Assembly: GCA_019751125.1 (NCBI GenBank) | Contig: JAIENU010000074.1 | Span: 10,464-74,463 of the forward strand | Length of the DNA stretch: 64,000 nt | Origin: Burkholderiales bacterium | GTDB lineage: Bacteria > Pseudomonadota > Gammaproteobacteria > Burkholderiales > SG8-41 | Direction of reading: 5' to 3' | Part shown: positions 53,585 through 62,027 of the stretch, one piece after another | Position numbering within the stretch: position 1 is the stretch's first letter | How the letters are laid out: the number at the start of each line of letters is the position of its first letter | Program-made: the position numbers and the translations under genes | Notes under the pieces: model-generated | What the model was told of the DNA's origin: nothing | What the model saw: the letters and a program-made list of their open reading frames with translations, nothing else | Database searches by the model: none

Positions 53585-54355
53585 ATGAAAAATCCGATAC
53601 GTGCCCGCCTGCAGCGTGGCGAAACCGTCACCGGCCTGATCCTGTTCAGCGGCAGCCCGATGATCACCGAGCTGGCCGCCGCGGCCGGCATCGACTTCGT
53701 GATCATCGACATGGAGCACAGCGCGCTCGACCTGAACACCTGCGCCCATGTCGTGCGCGCCGCCGACGCCGCAGGCATCACGCCTTTTGTTCGGGTGCCC
53801 GAGGTGGATGCCAACCTGATCCTGAAGCTGATGAACATGGGTGTCGCCGGCATTGCGCTGTCGCATGCCACCACGGAGAACTGTGCCAAAGCCCTCGATG
53901 CCGTGCGTTACGCGCCCGAGGGCAGCCGCGGTGCCTGCGCCATCGTGCGTTCCGCGGGGTATGCACCGGATGACTGGAATGTGCATGTCCGCCGCAGCAA
54001 CGACGAGCTGATGGTGATTCCGCTGATCGAGGACACCGCGACGCTTCAGGATTTTGAAACCATGGCGGCGATGCTGGGGCTGGAAGTGTTTTTCATCGGC
54101 CCGACCGACCTGTCGATCGCGCTGGGTGTGCCGCACGCCACCTTCGATGAACCGAAAATGTCCGCCGCGCTGGAGAAAGTGGTGGCCGCCGCGCGCAAGC
54201 ACGGCAAGTATGTGATGACCACCATCGGCAACAAACCCGATCCGGTGTACGGCAAGGCGGTGCGCGCCCGCGGCGTGCAGGCCATCGTGCTCGGTACCGA
54301 CGGGCACCTGTTTCTGGATGTGTGCCGCCGCGTCAATACCGTCAAGCAGCCCTGA
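53585..54355 (+). CDS. HpcH/HpaI-family aldolase
   Basis: DFVIIDMEHSA, VRVP and a YAPEGSRG-type loop. Start trimmed to ATG 53585. Confidence 0.8.
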   Translation: MKNPIRARLQRGETVTGLILFSGSPMITELAAAAGIDFVIIDMEHSALDLNTCAHVVRAADAAGITPFVRVPEVDANLILKLMNMGVAGIALSHATTENCAKALDAVRYAPEGSRGACAIVRSAGYAPDDWNVHVRRSNDELMVIPLIEDTATLQDFETMAAMLGLEVFFIGPTDLSIALGVPHATFDEPKMSAALEKVVAAARKHGKYVMTTIGNKPDPVYGKAVRARGVQAIVLGTDGHLFLDVCRRVNTVKQP

Positions 54356-54374
54356 AACCGGAGTCCTGAATACC

Positions 54375-55256
54375 GTGACCAAAAAACTCATCATCACCGT
54401 GCGCGTCAATGAATACATGTCGCGTGACATCAACCGCAACGTGCCGTTCACGCCGGACGAGATCGCCGAAACCGCGGCGGAATGCCGGGCGGCCGGCGCC
54501 TCGATCATCCATTTCCACGCGCGCACGCCGGATGGCGGCAAATGCCACGAGCCCGAGGTCTATGCCGAGATCGTTGCCAAGATACGCGAGAAGACCGACA
54601 TCCTGATCGATTCGACGCTGGGTCAGATCACCGTCAACGAGGACGAGAACCGCCTCGCCCACATCAAGCTGATGGGGCAGAAGAGCAAGACCCGGCCCGA
54701 CTTTGCCGCAGTTGACACCGGCAGCAGCAACATCGACGCCTATGACCCGGCGCAAAAAAAGTTTCTGACCACCAACAAGATCTACAAGAACAGCACCGAG
54801 ACCTGCCTGTTCCTGGCCAGGGGCATGACCGATGCCGGCGTGAAGCCGCATCTGTCGGTGTGGGCGGTGCCCTTCGTGCGCATGGTCGAAGCCTTCCTCG
54901 ACATGGGTGCGGTGAAAGAGCCGGCCTATGTGCAGTGCGTGCTGGCCGAAGGCGGCATCGTCGGTGCGCATCCCTGCACCACGCGCGGGCTCGAAGCGCT
55001 GATCGATTTCATGCCCCCGCAGCGTCGCATCGAATGGACGGTGGCCTGCAAGGAAGGCAATCTGTTCAACGTCGCCACCACTGCGCTGGACCGTGGCGGC
55101 CACCTCGCGCCGGGCATTGGCGACTATCCCTATCCGGAAATCGGCTGCCCGACCAATGCCGAGCTGGTGCGGCGTTTCGCGGAGCTGGGGCGCGCGGTGG
55201 GGCGTGAGCCGACGACTACAGACGAGGCGAGGGTGCTGCTGGGCATTGCGAAGTAG
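54375..55256 (+). CDS. BKACE-family (3-keto-5-aminohexanoate cleavage enzyme-like, DUF849) protein
   Basis: KLIITVRVNE N-terminus and an IIHFHAR His pair typical of BKACE Zn ligands. GTG start at 54375. Confidence 0.75.
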   Translation: MTKKLIITVRVNEYMSRDINRNVPFTPDEIAETAAECRAAGASIIHFHARTPDGGKCHEPEVYAEIVAKIREKTDILIDSTLGQITVNEDENRLAHIKLMGQKSKTRPDFAAVDTGSSNIDAYDPAQKKFLTTNKIYKNSTETCLFLARGMTDAGVKPHLSVWAVPFVRMVEAFLDMGAVKEPAYVQCVLAEGGIVGAHPCTTRGLEALIDFMPPQRRIEWTVACKEGNLFNVATTALDRGGHLAPGIGDYPYPEIGCPTNAELVRRFAELGRAVGREPTTTDEARVLLGIAK

Positions 55257-55392
55257 GCGGATCGCGTCGCGGGACGGCGTTATCCTGTAAGCTGAATAAT
55301 AAAAAAAAGCAGGAAAAAGGCGGGGCGCAATCGCCGACGCCTTCCGGGATGATCATCCACCGGCCTCTCCCGGGCGGCCAAGGGAGGGGAAC

Positions 55393-56541
55393 ATGCTGAA
55401 CAAGGCAGGCGTTGTCGTTTTGCTTGCGGCGGCCGTGACGCTGCAGGGCTGTGCTTCATCTTCCACCGGCGGTGCCGGCGGTCTGGTCACCACGGATAAT
55501 TTTGTTCCGCACACTTCCACGCTGCAGCAGATCAAGGGGCAGCGGGTCGGCCTGTTCGTGCGCCAGATCGCGCCGGCGCAGGCCCCGGCTGACATGAAAG
55601 GCCGGGTGGTGCTGTTTGTGCATGGCGCAACAGTGCCTTCGGTGCCGGATTTTGCGCTGGAGCACGGCGATTACAACTGGATGGGTTTTCTCGCCAGGGC
55701 AGGTTTCAACACCTACTCGATGGACCTGTCCGGCTATGGCGGTTCGCCACGGCCGATGATGGACGATCCCTGCAACGTCAATCCGAAGCAGCAGAACCTG
55801 ATCGCCGGCAAACCGCTGCGCGCAAACTGCGCGCCAAACCATGCCCGTGACTTCAACACCATCCGCGATGACTGGGCGGAGATGGACGCGGTGGTTGACC
55901 ATCTGCGCAAGGTCAACAAGGTCGATCGCATCCACATCATCGGCTGGTCCGCAGGTGGACCCCGTGTGGGCGGCTATGTGTCCCAGAACCCGGAAAAGAT
56001 TGACCGGGTGATGCTCTATGCACCGAGCCCGGTGATCAAGGGGCCGATACCGGAGCAGCCGGGCCCCGGCTTCCCGGTGCAGCTGCAGACCCGTGATGAC
56101 ATGGAGCGCCTGCGCTGGGATCCCGATGTGCGCTGCCCCGGGCAGATCGAGCCCGGCGTGCGTGATGCGGTGTGGAAATCCATCATGCAGTGGGACCGTG
56201 TTGGCGAAAGCTGGGGCAAGGACGGCGCAATGCGCGGTCGTACCGCCACCGGCTTTGGCTGGACCGAGGCGCTGTCCCGCAAGGTGGTATCACCGACGCT
56301 GGTGGTGGTTGGTGAGTTCGACCGGCTGGCGGAACGCCGCACCGTGTACGAGCAGATTGCTTCACAGGAAAAAGTATTCCTCGATGTGGCCTGTGCTTCG
56401 CATTTCATGGTCTGGGAGAAGCAGTACAAGGTGCTGCACGAGTCCTCGCTGCAATGGCTGCGCGACGGGCATGTGAAAGGCGTCAAGCGGGGTGAGTTCC
56501 GGGTTGAATATGACGGGCGATATTTGCCTGCGGGAAAGTAA
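55393..56541 (+). CDS. alpha/beta-hydrolase lipoprotein
   Basis: Lipobox VTLQGC, VLFVHGATVP and the nucleophile elbow IIGWSAGG. Confidence 0.75.
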   Translation: MLNKAGVVVLLAAAVTLQGCASSSTGGAGGLVTTDNFVPHTSTLQQIKGQRVGLFVRQIAPAQAPADMKGRVVLFVHGATVPSVPDFALEHGDYNWMGFLARAGFNTYSMDLSGYGGSPRPMMDDPCNVNPKQQNLIAGKPLRANCAPNHARDFNTIRDDWAEMDAVVDHLRKVNKVDRIHIIGWSAGGPRVGGYVSQNPEKIDRVMLYAPSPVIKGPIPEQPGPGFPVQLQTRDDMERLRWDPDVRCPGQIEPGVRDAVWKSIMQWDRVGESWGKDGAMRGRTATGFGWTEALSRKVVSPTLVVVGEFDRLAERRTVYEQIASQEKVFLDVACASHFMVWEKQYKVLHESSLQWLRDGHVKGVKRGEFRVEYDGRYLPAGK

Positions 56542-56551
56542 TTTTTGACTT

Positions 56552-57307
56552 ATGGCTAACAAGTCACTCGAATTCAAACGAGAGCTTGAGGTATTTCGCA
56601 CTGAAGGAGATGCGGCTGTACAGTTCTTTTACATATGGCAGACCGTCAATATCGTAGCCAGCAAGGATCGGTCCGTGTATCGAGCTCTGAATCAAGCACC
56701 ATTGTTCTGGAACACCAGTCTCGGTGCGCTTCAATCAGCTACTCTAGTTACACTGGGGCGTGTGTTTGACCCGGATCCGAACAACCACAGCATCACGCGA
56801 TTACTTGGTATCGCTCATCGCAACTTAGACATTTTCTCGAAGGATGCGCTTGCTGAGCGAAAGCGGGAGCTGAGTACCAACGCTGACCAATGGCTTCCCG
56901 AATATCTTAAGAGTGTTTATGTCCCTGACGGCGAGGATTTTAGGCGGCTCAAGCGACATGTTGCGATTCGTCGTCGCATCTACGAAGAAAGCTATAGGCC
57001 ACTTCGTCACCAGGTCTTTGCTCATCGCAGTGCATCGGACAGCTTTGACGTCTCTGCGTTATTCGCGAAGACGAACATCCGAGAACTTCAGCTGTTGCTG
57101 GTATTTTTGCGTCGAATGCATGAGGCACTTTGGCAGCTATTCTTCAACGGACTTAAGCCAACTCTCAGGCCTGCGCGCTACTCCGTTAACCAAATAAGAG
57201 AGCAGCCATCATCCTCGATACGCCAATCGCAACTTCAAGAGCGATTGACACATGAGGCTGAGAGCGTTGTTCGCTCGCTTGGAAAAAATGCGCCACCCAA
57301 TACTTGA
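56552..57307 (+). CDS. hypothetical protein, possible HEPN-domain (AbiU2-like) abortive-infection protein
   Basis: Lower-GC gene. Contains RHQVFAH, which fits the HEPN Rx4-6H motif, within an all-helical context (LGALQSATLVTLGRVFD ... YRPLRHQVFAHRSASD ... IRELQLLLVFLRRMHEAL) resembling AbiU2-type HEPN proteins as I remember them. The CDS call is solid. The function is tentative. Confidence 0.6.
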   Translation: MANKSLEFKRELEVFRTEGDAAVQFFYIWQTVNIVASKDRSVYRALNQAPLFWNTSLGALQSATLVTLGRVFDPDPNNHSITRLLGIAHRNLDIFSKDALAERKRELSTNADQWLPEYLKSVYVPDGEDFRRLKRHVAIRRRIYEESYRPLRHQVFAHRSASDSFDVSALFAKTNIRELQLLLVFLRRMHEALWQLFFNGLKPTLRPARYSVNQIREQPSSSIRQSQLQERLTHEAESVVRSLGKNAPPNT

Positions 57308-57396
57308 TTGGTGCCAAGCAGTTTGGCAGCTGCTTGGTGCCAGAGCATTTATTGCGTCCGCTCAATCGCGACGTTAGCAACTTTCAGGAGGCTCCC

Positions 57397-57783
57397 TTGT
57401 CGTTTGGTAAAAACTTACGAATCCTTTGCTCGGCCGTGGCTTTTTTTGTGTCATTTTCGGCTCAAGGCGCAACAATCAGCTACACATGCGAGTTCTCGCT
57501 CGAAGCTACGCCTAAGGGGCTATCCAAGCAGCCGAAGCCTTTTGAGTTGCGCTACGTGGTCGATACCGGTACTAAGAAAGCCTATTTAATGGGTAATGCG
57601 GGTTCCTCAGAGGTCGAGATCATTCCAAATACTGATGGAATTTCGTTCGTGGAAATCACTCGCTCTGGAAACGTGATGGTCACTGCTGTAACCAAGAGCG
57701 GCGAAGCCGTTCATAGCCGCAATGGAATTTTGTTTAAAGAGCTTGTCCCAAGCCAGTTCTACGGAAAGTGTGCTGTGCGATGA
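57397..57783 (+). CDS. small hypothetical secreted protein
   Basis: AGGAGG RBS lies 5 nt before TTG 57397. Signal peptide LRILCSAVAFFVSFSAQG. No family recognised. Confidence 0.5.
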   Translation: MSFGKNLRILCSAVAFFVSFSAQGATISYTCEFSLEATPKGLSKQPKPFELRYVVDTGTKKAYLMGNAGSSEVEIIPNTDGISFVEITRSGNVMVTAVTKSGEAVHSRNGILFKELVPSQFYGKCAVR

Positions 57784-57796
57784 CCCCTCCGGCGCG

Positions 57797-57891
57797 GTAG
57801 GGCGGATAAGCCGCATAGCGGCGCCATCCGCCGTATGCAATGCCGCTGATCATCCGGCGGATAACGTCGCTTCGCTCCTCATCCGCCCTAC
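57797..57891. repeat. REP-like composite palindromic element
   Basis: The terminal inverted repeats GTAGGGCGGAT...ATCCGCCCTAC enclose two GGCGGATAA...ATCCGCC hairpin units. The design mirrors enterobacterial REP/BIME-type GTAGG-CGGATAAG sequences. Confidence 0.65.
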
Positions 57892-57993
57892 AAACCATTC
57901 CGGGGTCTTGACACTCCCGAAGCCCAGCCCCTATCGTCACTCCGAGGCCTGATTCATAACAACAACAGGGCCCGCCAAACCCGGAGGGGAGTG

Positions 57994-59001
57994 ATGATCA
58001 AGTCCCGTATTGTTATGCGTGTCTGGAGTGTCGCCTGCGCTGCTGCGCTGATGGCTGTGGCCTCACCGGTTCTGGCGCAACCCGCGTGGAAACCCGACAA
58101 GCCTGTCGAGCTGATCGTCGGCTCCGCGGCCGGCAACAGCAACGACCTGATGCTGCGCCTGATTTCCCAGGTGACCCAGGAAAAACGGCTGCTCGACGTG
58201 CCGATGAATGTGATGAACAAGCCCGGCGGCGGCAACACCGTGGCCTGGAACTATCTGCAGCAGCGTGCCGGGGATGGCCATTACCTGATGATGGCCAACC
58301 TCAACCTGTCGGTGGGACATCTGACCGGCACCACGACCTTCAGCTACCGCGATTTCACGCCGGTGTGCCTGCTCTATGACGAGTATGTGGTGTTCGTGGT
58401 GCGCAATGAGTCACCAATCAGGACCGGGCGGGATTTGCTGGAGCGGCTGAAAAAGGATCCGGCTTCACTGAGTGTTGCGTTCTCCTCGGTGGCAGGCGGG
58501 GCCAACCACATTGCTGCGGGCCTGGTGTTCAAGGCCTCGGGCATTGATGTCCGGAAGGTGCGCTCGGTGGTGTTCGACTCCGCCGGCAAGGCGATCACCG
58601 CGGCGCTGGGTGGGCATGTTGATTTTGTATCGGCCAGCGCTTCATCGGCAGTGCAGCACCTGAAGTCCGGCACGGTGCGGGTGATCGGCATTACCGCACC
58701 GAAACGCATCGGCGGGGTGTTTGCCGACGTGCCGACCTTCCGCGAGCAGGGCGCCAATACTTCATTTTCAAACTACCGCGGCCTGATCGCCGGCAAGGCG
58801 CTGCCTGCCAACCAGCTGGCTTTCTGGGAGCAATTCTTCGCCAACCTGGACAAGGATGCGAGTTGGCGCGGCCACCTCGACAAGAACGAGTGGGAGCCCA
58901 ACTACACCAACAGCCGCGATACCCGCAAATACTGGGACGAACTGGATGCGCAGATGCGCAGCACGCTGGACGATCTCGGACTTCTGAAGAAAGGCAGTTG
59001 A
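57994..59001 (+). CDS. Bug/TctC-family periplasmic solute receptor (divergent, TctC-like)
   Basis: Signal peptide, then PDKPVELIVGSAAGNSND and family-length collinearity. GGAGGGGA RBS before ATG 57994. Confidence 0.85.
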   Translation: MIKSRIVMRVWSVACAAALMAVASPVLAQPAWKPDKPVELIVGSAAGNSNDLMLRLISQVTQEKRLLDVPMNVMNKPGGGNTVAWNYLQQRAGDGHYLMMANLNLSVGHLTGTTTFSYRDFTPVCLLYDEYVVFVVRNESPIRTGRDLLERLKKDPASLSVAFSSVAGGANHIAAGLVFKASGIDVRKVRSVVFDSAGKAITAALGGHVDFVSASASSAVQHLKSGTVRVIGITAPKRIGGVFADVPTFREQGANTSFSNYRGLIAGKALPANQLAFWEQFFANLDKDASWRGHLDKNEWEPNYTNSRDTRKYWDELDAQMRSTLDDLGLLKKGS

Positions 59002-59004
59002 TTC

Positions 59005-59781
59005 ATGGACCTGCGCATCAAGGGCAAGACCGCGCTGATTACCGGCGGCTCGCGGGGCATCGGGCTGGGTGTGGCAAGACTGCTGGCCGAGGAGGGTTGC
59101 AAGCTGCATCTGGTGTCGCGCAAGCCGGAGAACCTTGAAGCTGCACGGGCACAGATTGCCACTGAATTCGGCGCAGAGGTGCGTTGCCATGCCGTCGATC
59201 TGTCGAAGCCGGAGTTGGCCGGCAAGCTGGCGCATGAGCTGCGCGATGTCGATATCCTGATCAACAATGCGGGTTCGATTCCGCAGGGTGCGCTGGCGAA
59301 GATTGACCAGGCGGCGCTGGAAGCGGCGTGGTCCCTGAAGCTGTTCGGCTTCCTGAATGTCGCGCGCGAGGTCTACAGCGCGATGTGTGAACGTAAACGC
59401 GGCGTCATCGTCAATGTCATCGGCGCTTCCGGCGAACGTCCGCGCGCCGACTACATTGCCGGCAGCATGGCCAACGCCGCGTTGGTCGCAATGTCGCGCG
59501 CGCTGGGTGCGGAAAGCCCGGCGCATGGCGTACGTGTGGTCGGCCTGAATCCGGCGGCCACCGAAACCGAGCGCCAGCGTGTGCGCTGGGAGGCGCGCGC
59601 GGAAAAGGAGCTGGGGGATGCGCAGCGCTGGCGTGAACTGACCAAGGGATATCCCTTCGGGCGGCTCGCCACCGTGGATGAAATTGCCAGCGCCATCGTG
59701 TTCCTGGCTTCGGGGCGGGCCAGCTATATCAGCGGCACCATTCTGACTGTTGATGGCGGGCGTTCCTATCGCGACAAGTAA
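59005..59781 (+). CDS. SDR-family oxidoreductase
   Basis: TGGSRGIG cofactor motif, NNAG, and classical SDR length. Confidence 0.85.
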   Translation: MDLRIKGKTALITGGSRGIGLGVARLLAEEGCKLHLVSRKPENLEAARAQIATEFGAEVRCHAVDLSKPELAGKLAHELRDVDILINNAGSIPQGALAKIDQAALEAAWSLKLFGFLNVAREVYSAMCERKRGVIVNVIGASGERPRADYIAGSMANAALVAMSRALGAESPAHGVRVVGLNPAATETERQRVRWEARAEKELGDAQRWRELTKGYPFGRLATVDEIASAIVFLASGRASYISGTILTVDGGRSYRDK

Positions 59782-59859
59782 TTGCGACGTTAGCGATTCC
59801 GCGGCGGTTTGATATAGTGGTTCCGCGGTTCAAAAACAAAACAACATCAGCGGTGGCCG

Positions 59860-61935
59860 GTGGCGAGCAGTTCGGCAGGGGAATTCGGCGACATTGAACA
59901 TCAGCCGTGGACCACGGCTGACCTGCTTTGGCTGCTCGGCAGCCTGTGCCGGCTGCAGCGCAAGCCTTTTGATGCCGGACTGATTGCCCGCCAGTATCCG
60001 CCGCCGCATGCCCTGCATACCCTGATCGAGGCTGCAGCCACGCTGGGCCTGAACCTGAGCCGCGGTCCATTTGGCGCCAACAACGAAGGACAATCCTGTA
60101 TCGCCTTCGCCCGCGCGGATAAACGTGCCGCGCTGGTTGCCCGCATCGAAGCGGAACGGGTGCTGTTTTTCCCGGCGGGTACCCAGTCCGCCGAAACGTT
60201 GACGGTCGAAGAGTTCACGCAACGGTTCGCGCCGCAGGTGCTGTGGGTGGCTGCAGCCGTGGAGGAGGGTGAGACGCAGGATGCCCTGGCGCCGCCACGT
60301 TTCAGCTTTCGCTGGTTTTTCCCCGAGCTGCTCAAGCACAAGCGCCTGTGGCGCGACGTGCTGCTGACCTCACTTGCGCTTCAACTCACCGCGCTGGCGA
60401 CGCCGTTGTTTACCCAGGTCATCATCGACAAGGTGGTGGTGCACCAGACGCAGAGCACGCTGCTCGCGGTGGCGGCGGGACTGCTGCTGTTTCTGGTGTT
60501 CAACGCCGGGCTGACCTGGCTGCGCCAGTACCTGGTACTGCATACCGGCAACCGTATCGACGCGGTGCTCGGCACCACGGTGTTCCGCCACCTGCTGCGC
60601 CTGCACCTGCGTTATTTCGAGCACCGGCCCAGCGGCACGCTGATCGCGCGGCTGCACGGCATTGAAACCATTCGCCAGTTTGTCAGCGGCGCCGCGGTGA
60701 CGCTGTTCCTCGATCTGCCTTTCCTGTTTGTGTTCCTCGGCGTGATGTTCTGGTACAGCTGGCAGCTGTCGCTGATCGCGGTGGCCACCGTGCTGCTGCT
60801 CACCGGCCTCAGTCTGCTGGTGACGCCGCTGCTGCGCGAACGTGTCAACGAGCAGTTCCTGAAAGGCGCGCGCAACCAGGCTTTCCTCACCGAATATGTC
60901 GCCGGCATGGAGACGGTGAAATCGCTGCAGCTCGAGCCGCACCTCGAACGCCGTTACCAGGAGCTGCTGTCGGATTTCCTGAAGGCGGGTTTCCGCGCGC
61001 GCCAGTTGAGCAACACCACCAACACCGCGGCGACCACCATCGAGCAGGCGCAGACGCTCGCCGTACTCTGCGCCGGCGCGCTGCTGGTGATGCAGAACGA
61101 GGGCTTCACCATCGGCATGCTGGTGGCTTTCCAGATGTTTGCCAGCCGCATGGCGCAGCCGATGCTGCGCCTCGCTTCACTGTGGCAGGAATTCCAGCAG
61201 GCCGACATCGCGGTGCGCCGCCTCGGCGACCTGATGGATGCACCGGCCGAGCCTTATGCACTGCTGCCTTCGCGCGCACCGGGTGGCGCGGGTGCCCTGC
61301 GCCTGCTCGACGTGGCTTTCCGTTATGGTGAAACCTATCCCTGGCTGTATCGCGGCCTTAACCTCGAACTGCCGCCGGGCAGCCTGACCGTGGTTACCGG
61401 TCCTTCGGGTTGCGGCAAGAGCACGCTGGCCAAGCTGCTGCAGGGCTTCTATCCGGTGATGGAAGGGCGCATCGAAATCGACGGTCGCGACATCCGCCAC
61501 CTTGCCGCCAACGAACTGCGCCAGCATTACGGCGTGGTGCCGCAGGAGACCGTGCTGTTTGCCGGCAGCGTCTATGAAAACCTGGTGATGGCGAATCCGC
61601 ACACCAGCTTTGACGAGGTGGTGCAGGCCTGTCGTTATGCCGGCATTCATGACGTGATCGAGGCGCTGCCCCAGGGCTACCAGACGCCGCTCGGCGAGCA
61701 TGGTGTCGGCCTCTCCGGCGGGCAGAAGCAGCGGCTGGCGATTGCTCGCGCCTTGCTGAAACGGCCACAGGTGCTGATATTCGACGAGGCCACCAGCAGC
61801 CTTGATGCGCAGACTGCCGAACAGTTTGCGCAGACCGTGAACCGGCTGCGCGGCCAGGTCACAGTGCTGTTCATCGCCCACCAGATTCCCGCCGGCCTGC
61901 AGGTGGACGCGCGCTTCGATCTCGGTGCGCTTTAA
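59860..61935 (+). CDS. HlyB-type type I secretion ABC transporter (C39-like domain + TMD + NBD)
   Basis: N-terminal C39-like domain of about 130 aa without an obvious catalytic Cys-Gly context, six TM segments, Walker A GPSGCGKST, signature LSGGQKQRLAIARAL and Walker B VLIFDEATS. Confidence 0.85.
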   Translation: MASSSAGEFGDIEHQPWTTADLLWLLGSLCRLQRKPFDAGLIARQYPPPHALHTLIEAAATLGLNLSRGPFGANNEGQSCIAFARADKRAALVARIEAERVLFFPAGTQSAETLTVEEFTQRFAPQVLWVAAAVEEGETQDALAPPRFSFRWFFPELLKHKRLWRDVLLTSLALQLTALATPLFTQVIIDKVVVHQTQSTLLAVAAGLLLFLVFNAGLTWLRQYLVLHTGNRIDAVLGTTVFRHLLRLHLRYFEHRPSGTLIARLHGIETIRQFVSGAAVTLFLDLPFLFVFLGVMFWYSWQLSLIAVATVLLLTGLSLLVTPLLRERVNEQFLKGARNQAFLTEYVAGMETVKSLQLEPHLERRYQELLSDFLKAGFRARQLSNTTNTAATTIEQAQTLAVLCAGALLVMQNEGFTIGMLVAFQMFASRMAQPMLRLASLWQEFQQADIAVRRLGDLMDAPAEPYALLPSRAPGGAGALRLLDVAFRYGETYPWLYRGLNLELPPGSLTVVTGPSGCGKSTLAKLLQGFYPVMEGRIEIDGRDIRHLAANELRQHYGVVPQETVLFAGSVYENLVMANPHTSFDEVVQACRYAGIHDVIEALPQGYQTPLGEHGVGLSGGQKQRLAIARALLKRPQVLIFDEATSSLDAQTAEQFAQTVNRLRGQVTVLFIAHQIPAGLQVDARFDLGAL

Positions 61936-62027
61936 TTCGGTCGGCACACGTTCTGCGTTCCAGAACGTGGCGGGATGCATGCGGGGCGGCGCTGCAGGTG
62001 TGACAATGGCGCTCCCGATGAACGAGC

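Noticed and set aside
57722-57952. Small ORFs (57722..57952 plus strand, 57734..57940 minus strand) spanning the REP-like element.
   Set aside because: They are created by the palindromic repeat itself. There is no RBS and no coding signature.
61947-61969. Perfect hairpin CACGTTCTG-CGTTC-CAGAACGTG after the ABC transporter gene, considered as an intrinsic terminator.
   Set aside because: No U-tract follows, since the next bases are GCGGGATG. It could equally be a protein-binding palindrome or an mRNA stability element, so I did not call it a terminator.
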